Positions 53,774 through 63,877 of a DNA stretch of 64,000 nucleotides are shown piece after piece. The notes below the pieces were generated by a model that was given only the letters and a program-made list of their open reading frames with translations, ran no database searches and was not told the DNA's origin. Within the stretch, counting starts at the first letter, position 1. Each line of letters starts with the position of its first letter. The translations under genes were made by a program, and so were the position numbers. This DNA comes from an uncultured Pseudomonadales bacterium (GTDB taxonomy: Bacteria > Patescibacteriota > Microgenomatia > UBA1400 > MFAQ01): positions 487-64,486 of the forward strand of contig CAYHNG010000006.1 in assembly GCA_964357975.1 (NCBI GenBank), read 5' to 3'.

Positions 53774-54997
53774 CTATTCATAACGGAGGGCTTCGATAGG
53801 CTGGAGATCGGAGGCTTTTTTGGCCGGATACCAGCCGAAGACGATACCAATTACACTGGAGACGGCAAAGGCGAGCAAAACCGATGAGCCGGAGATGACA
53901 AAGAGTGAGGAAGTTACCCGAGAATAGATGAGAGCAAGTATGACGCCAAGAACAATACCGATAAGGCCACCGGTAAACGTGAGGATTACCGATTCGACAA
54001 GAAATTGAGTAATAATAGTTTTCTTTTTAGCGCCGAGGGCTTTTCTAAGGCCTATTTCTCTAGTTCTCTCGGTGACCGTGACTAGCATGATGTTCATAAT
54101 GCCAATACCACCAACCAATAAGGAGATTGCTGCAACGCCGGAAAGCAGAGTAGTGAATGTGCCAGTGATAGATGAGGCGGTGCTTAAGATATCAGCCTGA
54201 GACATGATCGAAAAATCGGCTTTGGTGGGATCGGAAATCTTGTGCATGTCTAGCAAAAGATAACCAATTTCGTTGACTGCGTCATTCATTGACTCGGCAT
54301 CTTTGGCTTCGATGGCGATTGAAGATAGATATTTGGAGCCAAATAATTGCTTTTGGGCGGTGGAAAGAGGCACATAGATGCGATCATCTTGATTGTTGAA
54401 ACCGCTTCCCCCTTTGGCGGTAGTGATACCGATAATGGTGAAGTATTGGCTACCTATGCGAATTTTTTCACCAAGTGGAACACTGCCCTCACCAAAAAGA
54501 TCGGTAACCACCGTTGATCCCAAAACGGCAACCTTAGTCATATTTCTTTCGTCTAATTCGGAAATAAAGTTGCCTGACTCGACAACAATATTGTGAACTG
54601 ATATATAGACGGGAACCGCACCAATAATGGTAGTATTGGTGTTTTGGCTACCAGTAATAACCTGGGAGCGCCTTGAGTATTCCGGAGAGACATTTTTGAC
54701 TGTGGTAATTTTTGCGGAAGTTTTTATCGCTTCAGCATCCGCATTGGTCAAAGTGTTACTACTACCCTGAGCGCCTCTAACAACCCCACTCCTTTGAGAA
54801 CTAGCGGAAACAGTCAAGAGATTGGAGCCAAGAGATTGAATACTTGCTTGAATTGATTGCTGACTGGATTTACCAATAGAGATAAGAGCGATAACCGAAC
54901 CAATACCAATGACAATACCCAAGATCGCCAGACCGCTACGCATTTTGTTTAACTTTAGAGTGCTGACACTTTCGATAAATTGATCTAGAAAATTCAT
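53774..54997 (-). CDS. ABC transporter permease, MacB/FtsX-like
   Basis: 407 aa with 4 TM helices, a large periplasmic domain and a C-terminal FtsX fold. Paralogous to 14886-16085. Confidence 0.8.
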   Translation of the reverse strand: MNFLDQFIESVSTLKLNKMRSGLAILGIVIGIGSVIALISIGKSSQQSIQASIQSLGSNLLTVSASSQRSGVVRGAQGSSNTLTNADAEAIKTSAKITTVKNVSPEYSRRSQVITGSQNTNTTIIGAVPVYISVHNIVVESGNFISELDERNMTKVAVLGSTVVTDLFGEGSVPLGEKIRIGSQYFTIIGITTAKGGSGFNNQDDRIYVPLSTAQKQLFGSKYLSSIAIEAKDAESMNDAVNEIGYLLLDMHKISDPTKADFSIMSQADILSTASSITGTFTTLLSGVAAISLLVGGIGIMNIMLVTVTERTREIGLRKALGAKKKTIITQFLVESVILTFTGGLIGIVLGVILALIYSRVTSSLFVISGSSVLLAFAVSSVIGIVFGWYPAKKASDLQPIEALRYE

Positions 54998-55704
54998 GAG
55001 TTTTTGTATCGATTATTTTTCTTGTCATTTACTATCTGACCATCTTTGATAAGAATTATTCTCTCTGCATACTCTGCAATATCCGGCTCATGAGTAATCA
55101 TAACAATGGTATGCCCATCTCGATTTAGTTTAGTAAAGATTCCCATTATTTCCCCAGCCTGGACACTGGCAATGTTTCCAGTTGGTTCGTCGGCTAACAA
55201 AAGATCTGGATTCATGACAAGGGATCGAGCGATGGCAACACGTTGTTGTTGGCCACCGGAGATCTGGTTACTGGTGTGATTGAGCCGATTTTCCAAACCA
55301 ACCATAGTCAAAAATTTGGTGGCTATCTTTTCCGCCGCCTCTTTTTTGATTCCGGAATAAAGCATAGGGAGCATAACGTTTTTGAGAGTGGTAGTACGAG
55401 GCAATAAGTTGAAAGCTTGGAAGATAAAACCAATTTTTTGGTTTCTGATATCCGAGAGTTCGTCTTCGTCTAGTTTTTCGATATTTGTTCCTCCTAGTAT
55501 GTACTCACCGGAGGTTGATTTATCCAAAGCACCAAGAATATGCATGAGGGTAGATTTACCTGATCCAGATGGACCCATGATAGCAACGAACTCTCCTTTG
55601 TTGATTTCGAAAGAGACATTGTTGAGCGCTACAGTCTCCACACCTTCAGTTTGGTAAATTTTGGATAGATTTTTGACTGAGATGATTGGCGTTTCTTTGA
55701 TCAT
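54994..55704 (-). CDS. ABC transporter ATP-binding protein, MacB family
   Basis: [35 protein letters not shown]. Paralogous to 14191-14889. Confidence 0.85.
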   Translation of the reverse strand: MIKETPIISVKNLSKIYQTEGVETVALNNVSFEINKGEFVAIMGPSGSGKSTLMHILGALDKSTSGEYILGGTNIEKLDEDELSDIRNQKIGFIFQAFNLLPRTTTLKNVMLPMLYSGIKKEAAEKIATKFLTMVGLENRLNHTSNQISGGQQQRVAIARSLVMNPDLLLADEPTGNIASVQAGEIMGIFTKLNRDGHTIVMITHEPDIAEYAERIILIKDGQIVNDKKNNRYKNS

Positions 55705-55706
55705 GG

Positions 55707-57044
55707 CTACAAGGGTATTCTCATGCCACCGCCACCACCAAAAAGAGAACTGCCAGAGTTGGTCGTGGGGCTAGTTTTGCTAGTTGTGGAGGTAGAGGTA
55801 ATAACTTCGTCACCCTCACTGATTCCGGATTTGATGATGGTTTGAGTGTCATTGGAAATACCCGTTTCGACACTGACCGTTTCGACTTTTTTATCTTTGA
55901 GAATTTGAACTGTCTTTTGACCACTACTTGTTTTTATGGCGACTGTCGGAATCATGATGACGTCGTCAATTGAGGCGGTGATAATTTGAGCACTAAGAGC
56001 CATATTGGTATAAATGTCCAAAGTGGTAGGGTCGAGCAGGATGGAAGCAGAATAAGAGGTTACTCCAGAACTAACACTACCACTGGTATTAACGGCCAAA
56101 ACAGTACCAGTAAGAGTTGTGTCCGGGAAGGCATCCATTATAAGGCTAGCCTTTTGGCCAGACTGGACCTTGGTAACGTCTACCTCAGTTAGACTGACAG
56201 TTGCTTGATATTTACCCTCTGGATTCTTGATAGCGCCAATTTTTTGGGAAGAGACCGAAGAAGAATTTGTCGTTGAGTCTGTACCGGTGCTGACGGTGAT
56301 TGAAGCTGAACTGCTATTGCTGGAGATGACTACTCCCGGCGCTAGAACTAAATTGTTTACGACACCGTCGGCTGGCGCATAGACCGTACTAGAGACTTTT
56401 TGGTAATTGCGATAGGCCGCTAAAGATTTTGCTTGAGACACTGCAATATTTGAATCTGAAATCTGAAAAGACTTTACAGCGGCGTCGTATGCTTCTTTTG
56501 CCTGAGGATATTCTTTAGCTACGATGTCAAGTTCGTTTTGAGTGTAAGGACGCTTCGTGTCTGGATTCCAGCCGCCGGAAATTGAGTCTCTTTGAGCTGC
56601 TTCGGCGTCTGCCAAAGCTTGTTGTTTCTGGAGCATGGTTATCTCGGAAGTTTGCTTGGAAGTAAGAGAGTTTTTGGCGGTAACTTGAGCGGTCTGGTAG
56701 TTGTTCCAGGCGATGGTTTGGTTTAACTTACCATCATCGTCCAGATTAATTACGGCAATTTTTTGATCTTTTTTTACCACATCTCCGTTCTGGATGTAGA
56801 CTTTGCTAACGGTGCCAGTTGCACCGGTCGTAATATAGGTGGTATCACCTGAGGTGATAGTTCCCGATGCCGAAATGGAAGAAATTAGCATACCTCTCTC
56901 TACTACTGCAGTTTGATAACTAGGTTTGTCTGTTTTTCCGGACGATACTCTAGAATATGCAAACCAGCCGACACCTATCAACAGTGTGGCGACGATAATT
57001 TTCTTGAATAATGATAGTTGTTTTAGATTGGCAATTATGTTCAT
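55707..57044 (-). CDS. HlyD-family periplasmic adaptor (membrane fusion protein)
   Basis: 445 aa with an N-terminal TM anchor, coiled-coil and beta-barrel regions, and a C-terminal Ser/Thr/Gly-rich tail. Confidence 0.7.
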   Translation of the reverse strand: MNIIANLKQLSLFKKIIVATLLIGVGWFAYSRVSSGKTDKPSYQTAVVERGMLISSISASGTITSGDTTYITTGATGTVSKVYIQNGDVVKKDQKIAVINLDDDGKLNQTIAWNNYQTAQVTAKNSLTSKQTSEITMLQKQQALADAEAAQRDSISGGWNPDTKRPYTQNELDIVAKEYPQAKEAYDAAVKSFQISDSNIAVSQAKSLAAYRNYQKVSSTVYAPADGVVNNLVLAPGVVISSNSSSASITVSTGTDSTTNSSSVSSQKIGAIKNPEGKYQATVSLTEVDVTKVQSGQKASLIMDAFPDTTLTGTVLAVNTSGSVSSGVTSYSASILLDPTTLDIYTNMALSAQIITASIDDVIMIPTVAIKTSSGQKTVQILKDKKVETVSVETGISNDTQTIIKSGISEGDEVITSTSTTSKTSPTTNSGSSLFGGGGGMRIPL

Positions 57045-57087
57045 ACGAGGCGTAATTTAGTCTTAGTATCTGAAGATTAGCTGAAAA

Positions 57088-58083
57088 CTAGACAGGTAGA
57101 TGAATAATAAAAGTGGTACCTTGATCGATTTTGCTCTGTACTGAGATAGAGCCATGATGGTCTTCAACTATTTTTTTGGCGATAGAAAGCCCCAGCCCAA
57201 AACCATCAATCTCGCCTTTGGACCTGGCAGTATCGCCTCTAAAGAAACGGTCGAAGATGTGTGGTAAATCTTTTGCATCAATGCCGATCCCTTCATCTTT
57301 GATGGAGACTTCTATCGATTTTTTTCTAACAATTGAATTAATTACCACCGAACCCTTGTGGTGGCTATATTTGACTGCGTTTTCAAGTAGGATATTAAAA
57401 AGCTCTTTTAATTCGTCTCGGTTGCCTACAATTTCTTGTTCGGTAGAGACGAGATTTTTGAGAATTAGACCTTTGTTTTTAGCCATGACCGAGATATTTT
57501 TGATCGATTCCCCAATGATTTTTTGAATAGATAATCTTTCGACCTCTAGTGGTGGACCTAGTTTTTTTCCTGAAGTCAGATGCAGAAGACGGTTGGATAG
57601 CTCTTGGAGATGATTAACTTCGAGAATGTTTTCCGAGATGAGAACTTTGGCTTCTTTTATAGTTAAACCGGTGTCCCTCAGGGCAACCTCCATGGCCAAC
57701 TTGAGAGAAGTGAGAGGTGTGCGTAGTTCGTGGGACGAGTCGGTAATAAAACGGTTTTGATCTTCCAGCATGTTTTTGATTGGATCCAGTGTCTTACCCG
57801 CTAGAAAGTACCCAAGTCCACCAGCCACGAATAGAATGGCACTGTTGATGGTTAGTAAGGTAAACACGATACGCCGATTGGCGTTCTCGACAAAATCTGT
57901 ATCCAAAGAATCTGAGGGTTGAATAGGTCCAAAACGACGTTCGATTCTGAATCTTTGTTCGACTACAAAAGCCTTTACCTGTCCAAGAAGCAGACGGTGA
58001 ATGGTGAAACTAAAAAAGATCGTGACCGACATCAAGATTAGTAGATACCAGACAGTTAGTTTGAGACGGGCTTCTTTGAACAT
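57088..58083 (-). CDS. sensor histidine kinase with two TM helices and a short (about 35 aa) extracytoplasmic loop
   Basis: HisKA H-box SHELRTPLTS and HATPase_c N/G boxes (LLENAVKYS, DEGIGI, GFGLGLSIAK). Two TM helices are predicted in the first 95 aa. Confidence 0.85.
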   Translation of the reverse strand: MFKEARLKLTVWYLLILMSVTIFFSFTIHRLLLGQVKAFVVEQRFRIERRFGPIQPSDSLDTDFVENANRRIVFTLLTINSAILFVAGGLGYFLAGKTLDPIKNMLEDQNRFITDSSHELRTPLTSLKLAMEVALRDTGLTIKEAKVLISENILEVNHLQELSNRLLHLTSGKKLGPPLEVERLSIQKIIGESIKNISVMAKNKGLILKNLVSTEQEIVGNRDELKELFNILLENAVKYSHHKGSVVINSIVRKKSIEVSIKDEGIGIDAKDLPHIFDRFFRGDTARSKGEIDGFGLGLSIAKKIVEDHHGSISVQSKIDQGTTFIIHLPV

Positions 58084-58085
58084 GG

Positions 58086-58760
58086 TTAGTCGCTAATTTT
58101 ATAGCCAAAACCTCTGAGGGTTTTGATTAAAGCTGGAAGATGAGTAAATGGTTTATCAATCTTGCGTCGGAGATTGCGGATATAAACCTCGATGGTATTG
58201 GGTAAGACATCGGCATCATAGTTCCAGACGTGAGCGATGATCTGGTCTTTGGAAAGAATCTTTCCTTGATGTTCCATGAGGAAGTTTAATAGAGTGAACT
58301 CTTTGTTGGATAGCACCAACTTCTTGCCAGCACGAACAACTTCAAAGGTTTCACTGTTCAGGGAGAGGTCGGATGCGAATAAGGTGGTATTGGTGACCTG
58401 TTGCGGCCGGCGGGAGATGGCTCGAACTCTAGCCAACAGCTCCTCGAAAGAAAATGGCTTGACCAAGTAATCGTCGGCACCGGCATTAAGACCGGTAATT
58501 TTATCTTGGGTTTGACCCTTGGCCGTAAGAATAAGGACAGGAGTGTGAATTCGTTTACTCCTGAGGTCTCTGACAATAGAAAGACCGTCTTTACCCGGTA
58601 ACATTAAATCAAGAATAAGAAGATCGAAGATATTTTCGGAAGCCATATCAAAACCAGAAATGCCGTCGTAAGCCAGATCCACCACAAAATGTTCTTGCTC
58701 AAGGCCTTTCTTGAGAGTGTTGGCAATCCGATGTTCGTCCTCCACAATTAGTATTCTCAC
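58086..58760 (-). CDS. OmpR-family response regulator
   Basis: Receiver domain (DLLILDLMLPGKDG, T/K motifs) plus a winged-helix C-terminus (GFGYKI). Confidence 0.85.
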   Translation of the reverse strand: MRILIVEDEHRIANTLKKGLEQEHFVVDLAYDGISGFDMASENIFDLLILDLMLPGKDGLSIVRDLRSKRIHTPVLILTAKGQTQDKITGLNAGADDYLVKPFSFEELLARVRAISRRPQQVTNTTLFASDLSLNSETFEVVRAGKKLVLSNKEFTLLNFLMEHQGKILSKDQIIAHVWNYDADVLPNTIEVYIRNLRRKIDKPFTHLPALIKTLRGFGYKISD

Positions 58761-58799
58761 AGGAAGGATTATATCCCTGAAGCTGAAATTAAGCTGAAA

Positions 58800-60131
58800 T
58801 TAATATTGGCTAGCCAAATAAACCTTCTGAGCCGAGCGTAACCTGCCTCGATAGAAATAGATAACCAGACTAATAATCAGGACAGCTAAGGTGTTGAGAC
58901 GGAGGGCGGTACCACTGCCAAAAGTATCGGTGAGAAAACCTATCTCCAGGTTTCCCAAGAATAATAGCCCGGCATAAAGCAGAAAATATATACTGGAAAC
59001 TCGGCCACGGTATTTTTCATCGGCCATCATCTGAACCATTGTTCCCAGAACAACATTGATGGCGACTAGCCCACCACCGGCCAGAAAAAGATAAAAAATA
59101 CCCAAGTTGAGATTGGACGTTAGAGAAAAAAGAAACAGGCTGAGAGAAAAGAGAGTGTTTCCAAAAATGACAATTGAGAGTTTGCTGAAATTCTTGGAGA
59201 AAGTGGAGACCAAGAGAGTGGCCGAAATGGCCCCGATGCCGATGGCCGAGAAGAGATAACCCATGCCGGTAGCATTGGAATGAAAGACCTCTTTAGCCAA
59301 AACCGGAATGATGGTGGTGTAAGACCAGCCAAAAATGGACATGGCACTGACATAAAGAAAAATAGCCCTAATGACGGGGTTCCGATATGAATAAGAGATA
59401 CCCTCTTTAATAGCCTTGAGGGGAGAGAGGTTCAGATTGGTGACTTTGTACGGGGTGTCAATTAAAAGCAGAGCGATAATGACGGCTATGTAACTGAGAC
59501 CATTAAGAACGAAAGCCCCACCAGTTCCGGCCAAAACGATGTAGAGCCCTGCAAGACCAGGACCAATGACACGGCCCAAACTGGAAATACCGGAATTAAT
59601 AGACATGGCGGAGGAAATGATGTCGTTATCCGCCAGCTCGCTCAGATAGGCAAAATGAGCCGGTGTAGAAACAGAGTTGACGATCCCTCCCAGTAGAGCA
59701 ATGATCACAATTTCCGTGATATTTACCCATCCAAAAATAGTGAGAAGACCCAAGAGAAAAGCCAAAATCATCGCTATGGAGTTCGTAACCAGTAAGAGAC
59801 TTTTTTTGGAAAAACGATCGGCAATAATGCCTCCAAACAAGGAAAAGAATAAAGCTGGGATGGCGGACATGGCGGCCACCAGACCGACCAAAAAGGCAGA
59901 GTTGGTAAGCTGAAGGGTTAACCACCCAAGTGCCACTATCTGCATCCAACTTCCAATATTAGATATCAGCTGACCGGCAAAGTAACGACGGCAGTTCCTA
60001 CTCTTCAAAACAGGAATCGAAGAAAAGATTTTGCGTATCAATTTCGAGTTACTTACGTAACCTACATGCGAACTACCACTAATGATGAATTTTTCCTCAG
60101 GAGTAAGTCGGGAGCGTTTTTTCTTATGCAC
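58800..60131 (-). CDS. MFS transporter
   Basis: 443 aa with 12 predicted TM helices and an MFS-type D/R-K motif after TM2 (GGIIADRFSKK). Confidence 0.7.
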   Translation of the reverse strand: MHKKKRSRLTPEEKFIISGSSHVGYVSNSKLIRKIFSSIPVLKSRNCRRYFAGQLISNIGSWMQIVALGWLTLQLTNSAFLVGLVAAMSAIPALFFSLFGGIIADRFSKKSLLLVTNSIAMILAFLLGLLTIFGWVNITEIVIIALLGGIVNSVSTPAHFAYLSELADNDIISSAMSINSGISSLGRVIGPGLAGLYIVLAGTGGAFVLNGLSYIAVIIALLLIDTPYKVTNLNLSPLKAIKEGISYSYRNPVIRAIFLYVSAMSIFGWSYTTIIPVLAKEVFHSNATGMGYLFSAIGIGAISATLLVSTFSKNFSKLSIVIFGNTLFSLSLFLFSLTSNLNLGIFYLFLAGGGLVAINVVLGTMVQMMADEKYRGRVSSIYFLLYAGLLFLGNLEIGFLTDTFGSGTALRLNTLAVLIISLVIYFYRGRLRSAQKVYLASQY

Positions 60132-60148
60132 AAGTATAATAATAAACT

Positions 60149-60889
60149 ATGGTAAAAACGACTGACTACGTAACTTTGGAAGGCAGAAACATGGTGCGGG
60201 ATAGCTTGGTGTCCGGACAAAAAATCCGTACGGTACTTTTGGGTCTTGGGTCGGTGGGAGACCCTAAAATAAAAGAGATTGAAAAACTGGCCAGAGATAA
60301 AGGAGTACAAATCCAATCGATCCAAACAGAAGAGCTGAATAAGATGGCCGAGTCCAGAAATCCACAAGGTGTGATAGCCCTGATGGACGTACCGGAAATC
60401 ACCTCTCTAAAGCAAATTTTGGACAACAAAAGAAATTGCATAATTTTGCTACTCAACCGGATAGATTACGAACAAAATTTGGGGGCTATTTTGAGAACGG
60501 CGTGGGCAGCGGGAGTAGACGCAGTGGTCGCCTCTCCGAACGGAGTTCATGAGATCACACCGGTGGTTGCTAAAGTTTCTATGGGTGGAGCAGCCTATGT
60601 ACCGCTAATTCCCATGAGTCTATTTCAGGCAATAAAAATGCTCCACGAGTATGCGGTGCCGGTAGTGGGGGTGGAGGTGGAGATGGGCAAGACCATGTAC
60701 GAACAAAAACTGACGGGACCGGTGGCTTTTTTGATGGGAGGAGAGTCGGAAGGATTGTCGGAACCTCTGCAAAAAGAGTGCGACTACTTTATCAATATTC
60801 CCATGCAGAAGGCAGTGGCCTCGTTGAATGTAAGTGTAGCAACGGCGCTAGTGTTGTACGAAAAAAATCGACAAGAGAGTAAGATTTAA
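60149..60889 (+). CDS. TrmH/SpoU-family RNA 2'-O-methyltransferase (RlmB-like, with N-terminal substrate-binding domain)
   Basis: N-terminal SpoU_sub_bind-like roughly 75 aa, then SpoU motifs (NLGAILRTAWAAGVDAVV, LMGGESEGLS, NVSVATALVLYE). Confidence 0.75.
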   Translation: MVKTTDYVTLEGRNMVRDSLVSGQKIRTVLLGLGSVGDPKIKEIEKLARDKGVQIQSIQTEELNKMAESRNPQGVIALMDVPEITSLKQILDNKRNCIILLLNRIDYEQNLGAILRTAWAAGVDAVVASPNGVHEITPVVAKVSMGGAAYVPLIPMSLFQAIKMLHEYAVPVVGVEVEMGKTMYEQKLTGPVAFLMGGESEGLSEPLQKECDYFINIPMQKAVASLNVSVATALVLYEKNRQESKI

Positions 60890-60904
60890 TGCTACTATGA
60901 ATGT

Positions 60905-61222
60905 ATGGAAGTCGTTTATAAAAAAGCAAAAACCAACGAAGAGATTAGAAATTGGGTCGTGTTGCACGGCGGTAAACCGGCTATCATTAACGACCCGGAA
61001 GTCGACATGGATAAGGTAGGAATTAGGATCGACTGGCCCGGCCACAAGGACGAGACGATGCTGAGCTCGGGAAGAACCGCCACCAAAGATATCTCGTGGG
61101 ACGAGTTTTTTGCCCTTATGGAAAGGAAAAACCTCGATTTTGAGTATTCCGAGCAGGAAGATATCGAGGCTACCTGGAGATACCGATTTGTGCCTAAATA
61201 CGCTCCGGAAGCCGAGAGTTAA
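60905..61222 (+). CDS. hypothetical protein (105 aa)
   Basis: ORF 15 nt after the methyltransferase. Confidence 0.45.
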   Translation: MEVVYKKAKTNEEIRNWVVLHGGKPAIINDPEVDMDKVGIRIDWPGHKDETMLSSGRTATKDISWDEFFALMERKNLDFEYSEQEDIEATWRYRFVPKYAPEAES

Positions 61223-61292
61223 TCTTGTCATTGCACTATGGGTCTGCTAGAATACGTCTGTTCCTGAATAAATCACTTGAAGAGGAGAAAAC

Positions 61293-61604
61293 ATGACGAA
61301 CGTCACCGTAAGCTTTCCTAAAACTGCTTCCGATCAAATAAAGGGGCGCGTTTTGGACTTGGTTAAGACCACCGTTGAGGGCGCAATTGGTCGGAGACCG
61401 GTAGAAATAAAAGAAAGTGAAATTGTGTCTTCCACCGGCGTAGAGGTCACTCTCTTGGATATTGGCAACCTCTCAGCCAAGAAAGCCTCGTTCCTGATGG
61501 AAATGCTTGATTTGGCGGTGTTCTCGGTCGTAGGAGTGTTGATGGACGTCAACATTACGATGCACACCGCGCTGACAAGCCACCGAAAAGCGGCCGCCCG
61601 CTAG
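61293..61604 (+). CDS. hypothetical protein (103 aa)
   Basis: GAGGAGAAAACATG RBS, with a terminator downstream. Confidence 0.5.
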   Translation: MTNVTVSFPKTASDQIKGRVLDLVKTTVEGAIGRRPVEIKESEIVSSTGVEVTLLDIGNLSAKKASFLMEMLDLAVFSVVGVLMDVNITMHTALTSHRKAAAR

Positions 61605-61615
61605 ATTCCCCCCTA

Positions 61616-61644
61616 ACCCCCACATTGTGGGGGTTTTGTTTTTT
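61616..61644 (+). terminator. rho-independent terminator
   Basis: CCCCCAC-ATT-GTGGGGG followed by TTTTGTTTTTTT. Confidence 0.6.
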
Positions 61645-61653
61645 TCCCAACTC

Positions 61654-62259
61654 TTATTTTTCCCTGTGACGACGGGCGCCTTCCGGACTAAAACCCAGCT
61701 CCGAAATGAGATAGTAATCTACATCCTCCAGTAAATGTTTTTTGGTGTCTTCGTTTTGGATGACCACATCAGCCATCTCCAGACAACGGCCAACTTGCTG
61801 ACCTAAGTTGTTTTCACCTAGTCCTAGATCTCGATTGTTCGCCCTAATAAAATCTCCCTCCGCCGCGCCGTCTTCGCCTCTTCTCCAAGCGCGATCCAAG
61901 TACCATTCCAGCCGATTCTCCGGCGAGGCATCAATGCCCATAACGGTAATGCCAAGTGCTTGGCGGAGAAATTCAATCTCCGAAGGATTTCGAATCGAGT
62001 CGATAACAATATTTCCTTCAAGGCCACTTAACAGGGCTAAGGTTCTTTCCGCCAAAACGTGTCCACCAAAGGTTTCCCGGAGCTCATTGCCTACATTTTG
62101 GAGATTTTCTCTGGACAAAGGTAGCCCTCGCGCATTAACTTCTTCTCGAACCCGATCGGAGAGGCTAAAGACAGAGAAACCTAGCCCCCGAAGATACTTG
62201 GCCACCTCCCCTTTCCCGGAAGCAATCGGCCCCACTAATCCAATAACTGTCCTTGTCAT
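61654..62259 (-). CDS. P-loop nucleotide/nucleoside kinase-family protein (dephospho-CoA kinase/dNMP kinase-like)
   Basis: Walker A GLVGPIASGKG at the N-terminus. Overall layout is like small NMP kinases. Confidence 0.5.
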   Translation of the reverse strand: MTRTVIGLVGPIASGKGEVAKYLRGLGFSVFSLSDRVREEVNARGLPLSRENLQNVGNELRETFGGHVLAERTLALLSGLEGNIVIDSIRNPSEIEFLRQALGITVMGIDASPENRLEWYLDRAWRRGEDGAAEGDFIRANNRDLGLGENNLGQQVGRCLEMADVVIQNEDTKKHLLEDVDYYLISELGFSPEGARRHREK

Positions 62260-62296
62260 AAATTTAGTGTACTAGAAATGTAGATAAATTGAGAGT

Positions 62297-62614
62297 TTGA
62301 ATGTTAGAATCGTCTTTATGGCTGCAAAATTCAAAGAAACCTTTGAGGAAATGGTTACGAAATACGAAAAAGAGTTTGACGGATTTCAAGAACTCCACGA
62401 TAAATACGAACTCGATCCACGAAAGTGGCAACAAGAGTTTAATGCGGAAGGAGCAAAGATTATGGAGATTATTAGGGTTTATGAAAACAAACTTTGTGGC
62501 CACATGGAAAATACCCAGAACGCCACTTACTCGGCTAATCTGGCGGAGAAATTCAGAGGAGAAATAAAGAGATATTTACCCAAGCTAGATATGATCGGGG
62601 TGACGATGGGGTAA
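62297..62614 (+). CDS. hypothetical protein (105 aa)
   Basis: ORF only. Confidence 0.4.
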   Translation: MNVRIVFMAAKFKETFEEMVTKYEKEFDGFQELHDKYELDPRKWQQEFNAEGAKIMEIIRVYENKLCGHMENTQNATYSANLAEKFRGEIKRYLPKLDMIGVTMG

Positions 62615-62654
62615 ATAACTCAAGGAATCAAGAACTCAAGATACTGTGAGATCT

Positions 62655-63020
62655 TTATTTGCCGCACTCGCTTTTGATTTTTTCCAGGAGAGCAGTGCAA
62701 AATTGATCGGAAACGGCTTTGGTGGATTCTTTTAGAAGGCTAGCAGCAACACTTGCCGCTTGTTTACTGATTTCTTCAGTGATGGAAGCCATTGGAGATT
62801 GGGTATACTCAGTGGAAATACCCATGATTTTGGGGGTGGGGATTTGAATTTTATCTGGAAGGATTTTGTTGGCAGTGGCCACTGCAGGAATAATAATTGA
62901 AGACTGGAACTGAGGATTTTTGACGTAGTAATCGACCGGTTTGGAAATTTGAGGAAACATTTTGTACACTCCAAATAATGCAAGGCTAATTATGACGATT
63001 CGAATAAATATGTTGTTCAT
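62655..63020 (-). CDS. hypothetical membrane-anchored protein (121 aa)
   Basis: N-terminal TM helix. 4-nt overlap with the upstream gene. Confidence 0.45.
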   Translation of the reverse strand: MNNIFIRIVIISLALFGVYKMFPQISKPVDYYVKNPQFQSSIIIPAVATANKILPDKIQIPTPKIMGISTEYTQSPMASITEEISKQAASVAASLLKESTKAVSDQFCTALLEKIKSECGK

Positions 63021-63877
63021 TGGTGTGGAGGGGTGTTGCAGATCTGACTCATGTGTTGCAAGGTGGTGTCTGATTCCTCGCGGGTTAGAATATCGGAAAC
63101 TTCATTTTTTTCAATTGCTGCTTTGAGCCTGGCACAAGTAACGATGCCTCTTTCCAGAAGCTGGTTGGTTTTGAACCTGGGAATATGATAAGCCAAAGTG
63201 ATAGGATGCAATCCCGCCGCCATGATCAAATCCGACATACCATGCCCTTGAGGATTCAGCCAAGAAGTGATCTCGAGGCCAACGCAGCCGGCGTAGTCGA
63301 AAACCTCAGAAGTTACTTTGGTATTGGTGACCAACCAAGGGAAGTAGGTAATCTCTGTACCATGACTCTGTTCCATCGCCGACTTGATGTCCAAGAACCG
63401 AGCGTAAGTATAAAGCGCCACTTGAACATCAGTTTTGACACCGGGACTGTTGTGAAATTTGCACTCGATGAAAAATTGTTTATTGTCTTTCTTGGCCACA
63501 ACATCTATTTCGTGAGTAACGCACTTACCGAGGACAATTACTCCTACTTCAGTTTTGTAACCATACTCCGAGAGGACGTCGGCTACAATAGTCTCAAAGG
63601 GGTGACCAGAAGGACCCAAGTCCATAATGGCTCGCTTGAGACCATAGTTGTAATAGTTGTTGACCGGAGCATTTTGTTTGAGATAGGTGGAAACGTGCTC
63701 ATGGATATCTTTGGTAGTGATGCCGGTTCTGAGATGTCGCTTAAGATAGTCGACAGTTTGCGAGGCAACGTCGACGGAAAGACCGGTTTTGGCCAGAGAT
63801 TTTGCGAGTTTGGATTCGTCAAAATGCTCTTGTTCACCAGAGGCTTTGATAACTGTAATAGGATTAAGAGTAATCAC
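63017..63877 (-). CDS. ATP-cone domain fused to restriction-endonuclease-like (PD-(D/E)xK, Mrr-like) domain protein
   Basis: The N-terminal roughly 90 aa are ATP-cone-like (VIKASGEQEHFDESKLAKSL...VSTYL). The nuclease-fold motif is EIDVVAKKDNKQFFIECKFHN. Confidence 0.55.
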   Translation of the reverse strand: MITLNPITVIKASGEQEHFDESKLAKSLAKTGLSVDVASQTVDYLKRHLRTGITTKDIHEHVSTYLKQNAPVNNYYNYGLKRAIMDLGPSGHPFETIVADVLSEYGYKTEVGVIVLGKCVTHEIDVVAKKDNKQFFIECKFHNSPGVKTDVQVALYTYARFLDIKSAMEQSHGTEITYFPWLVTNTKVTSEVFDYAGCVGLEITSWLNPQGHGMSDLIMAAGLHPITLAYHIPRFKTNQLLERGIVTCARLKAAIEKNEVSDILTREESDTTLQHMSQICNTPPHQ

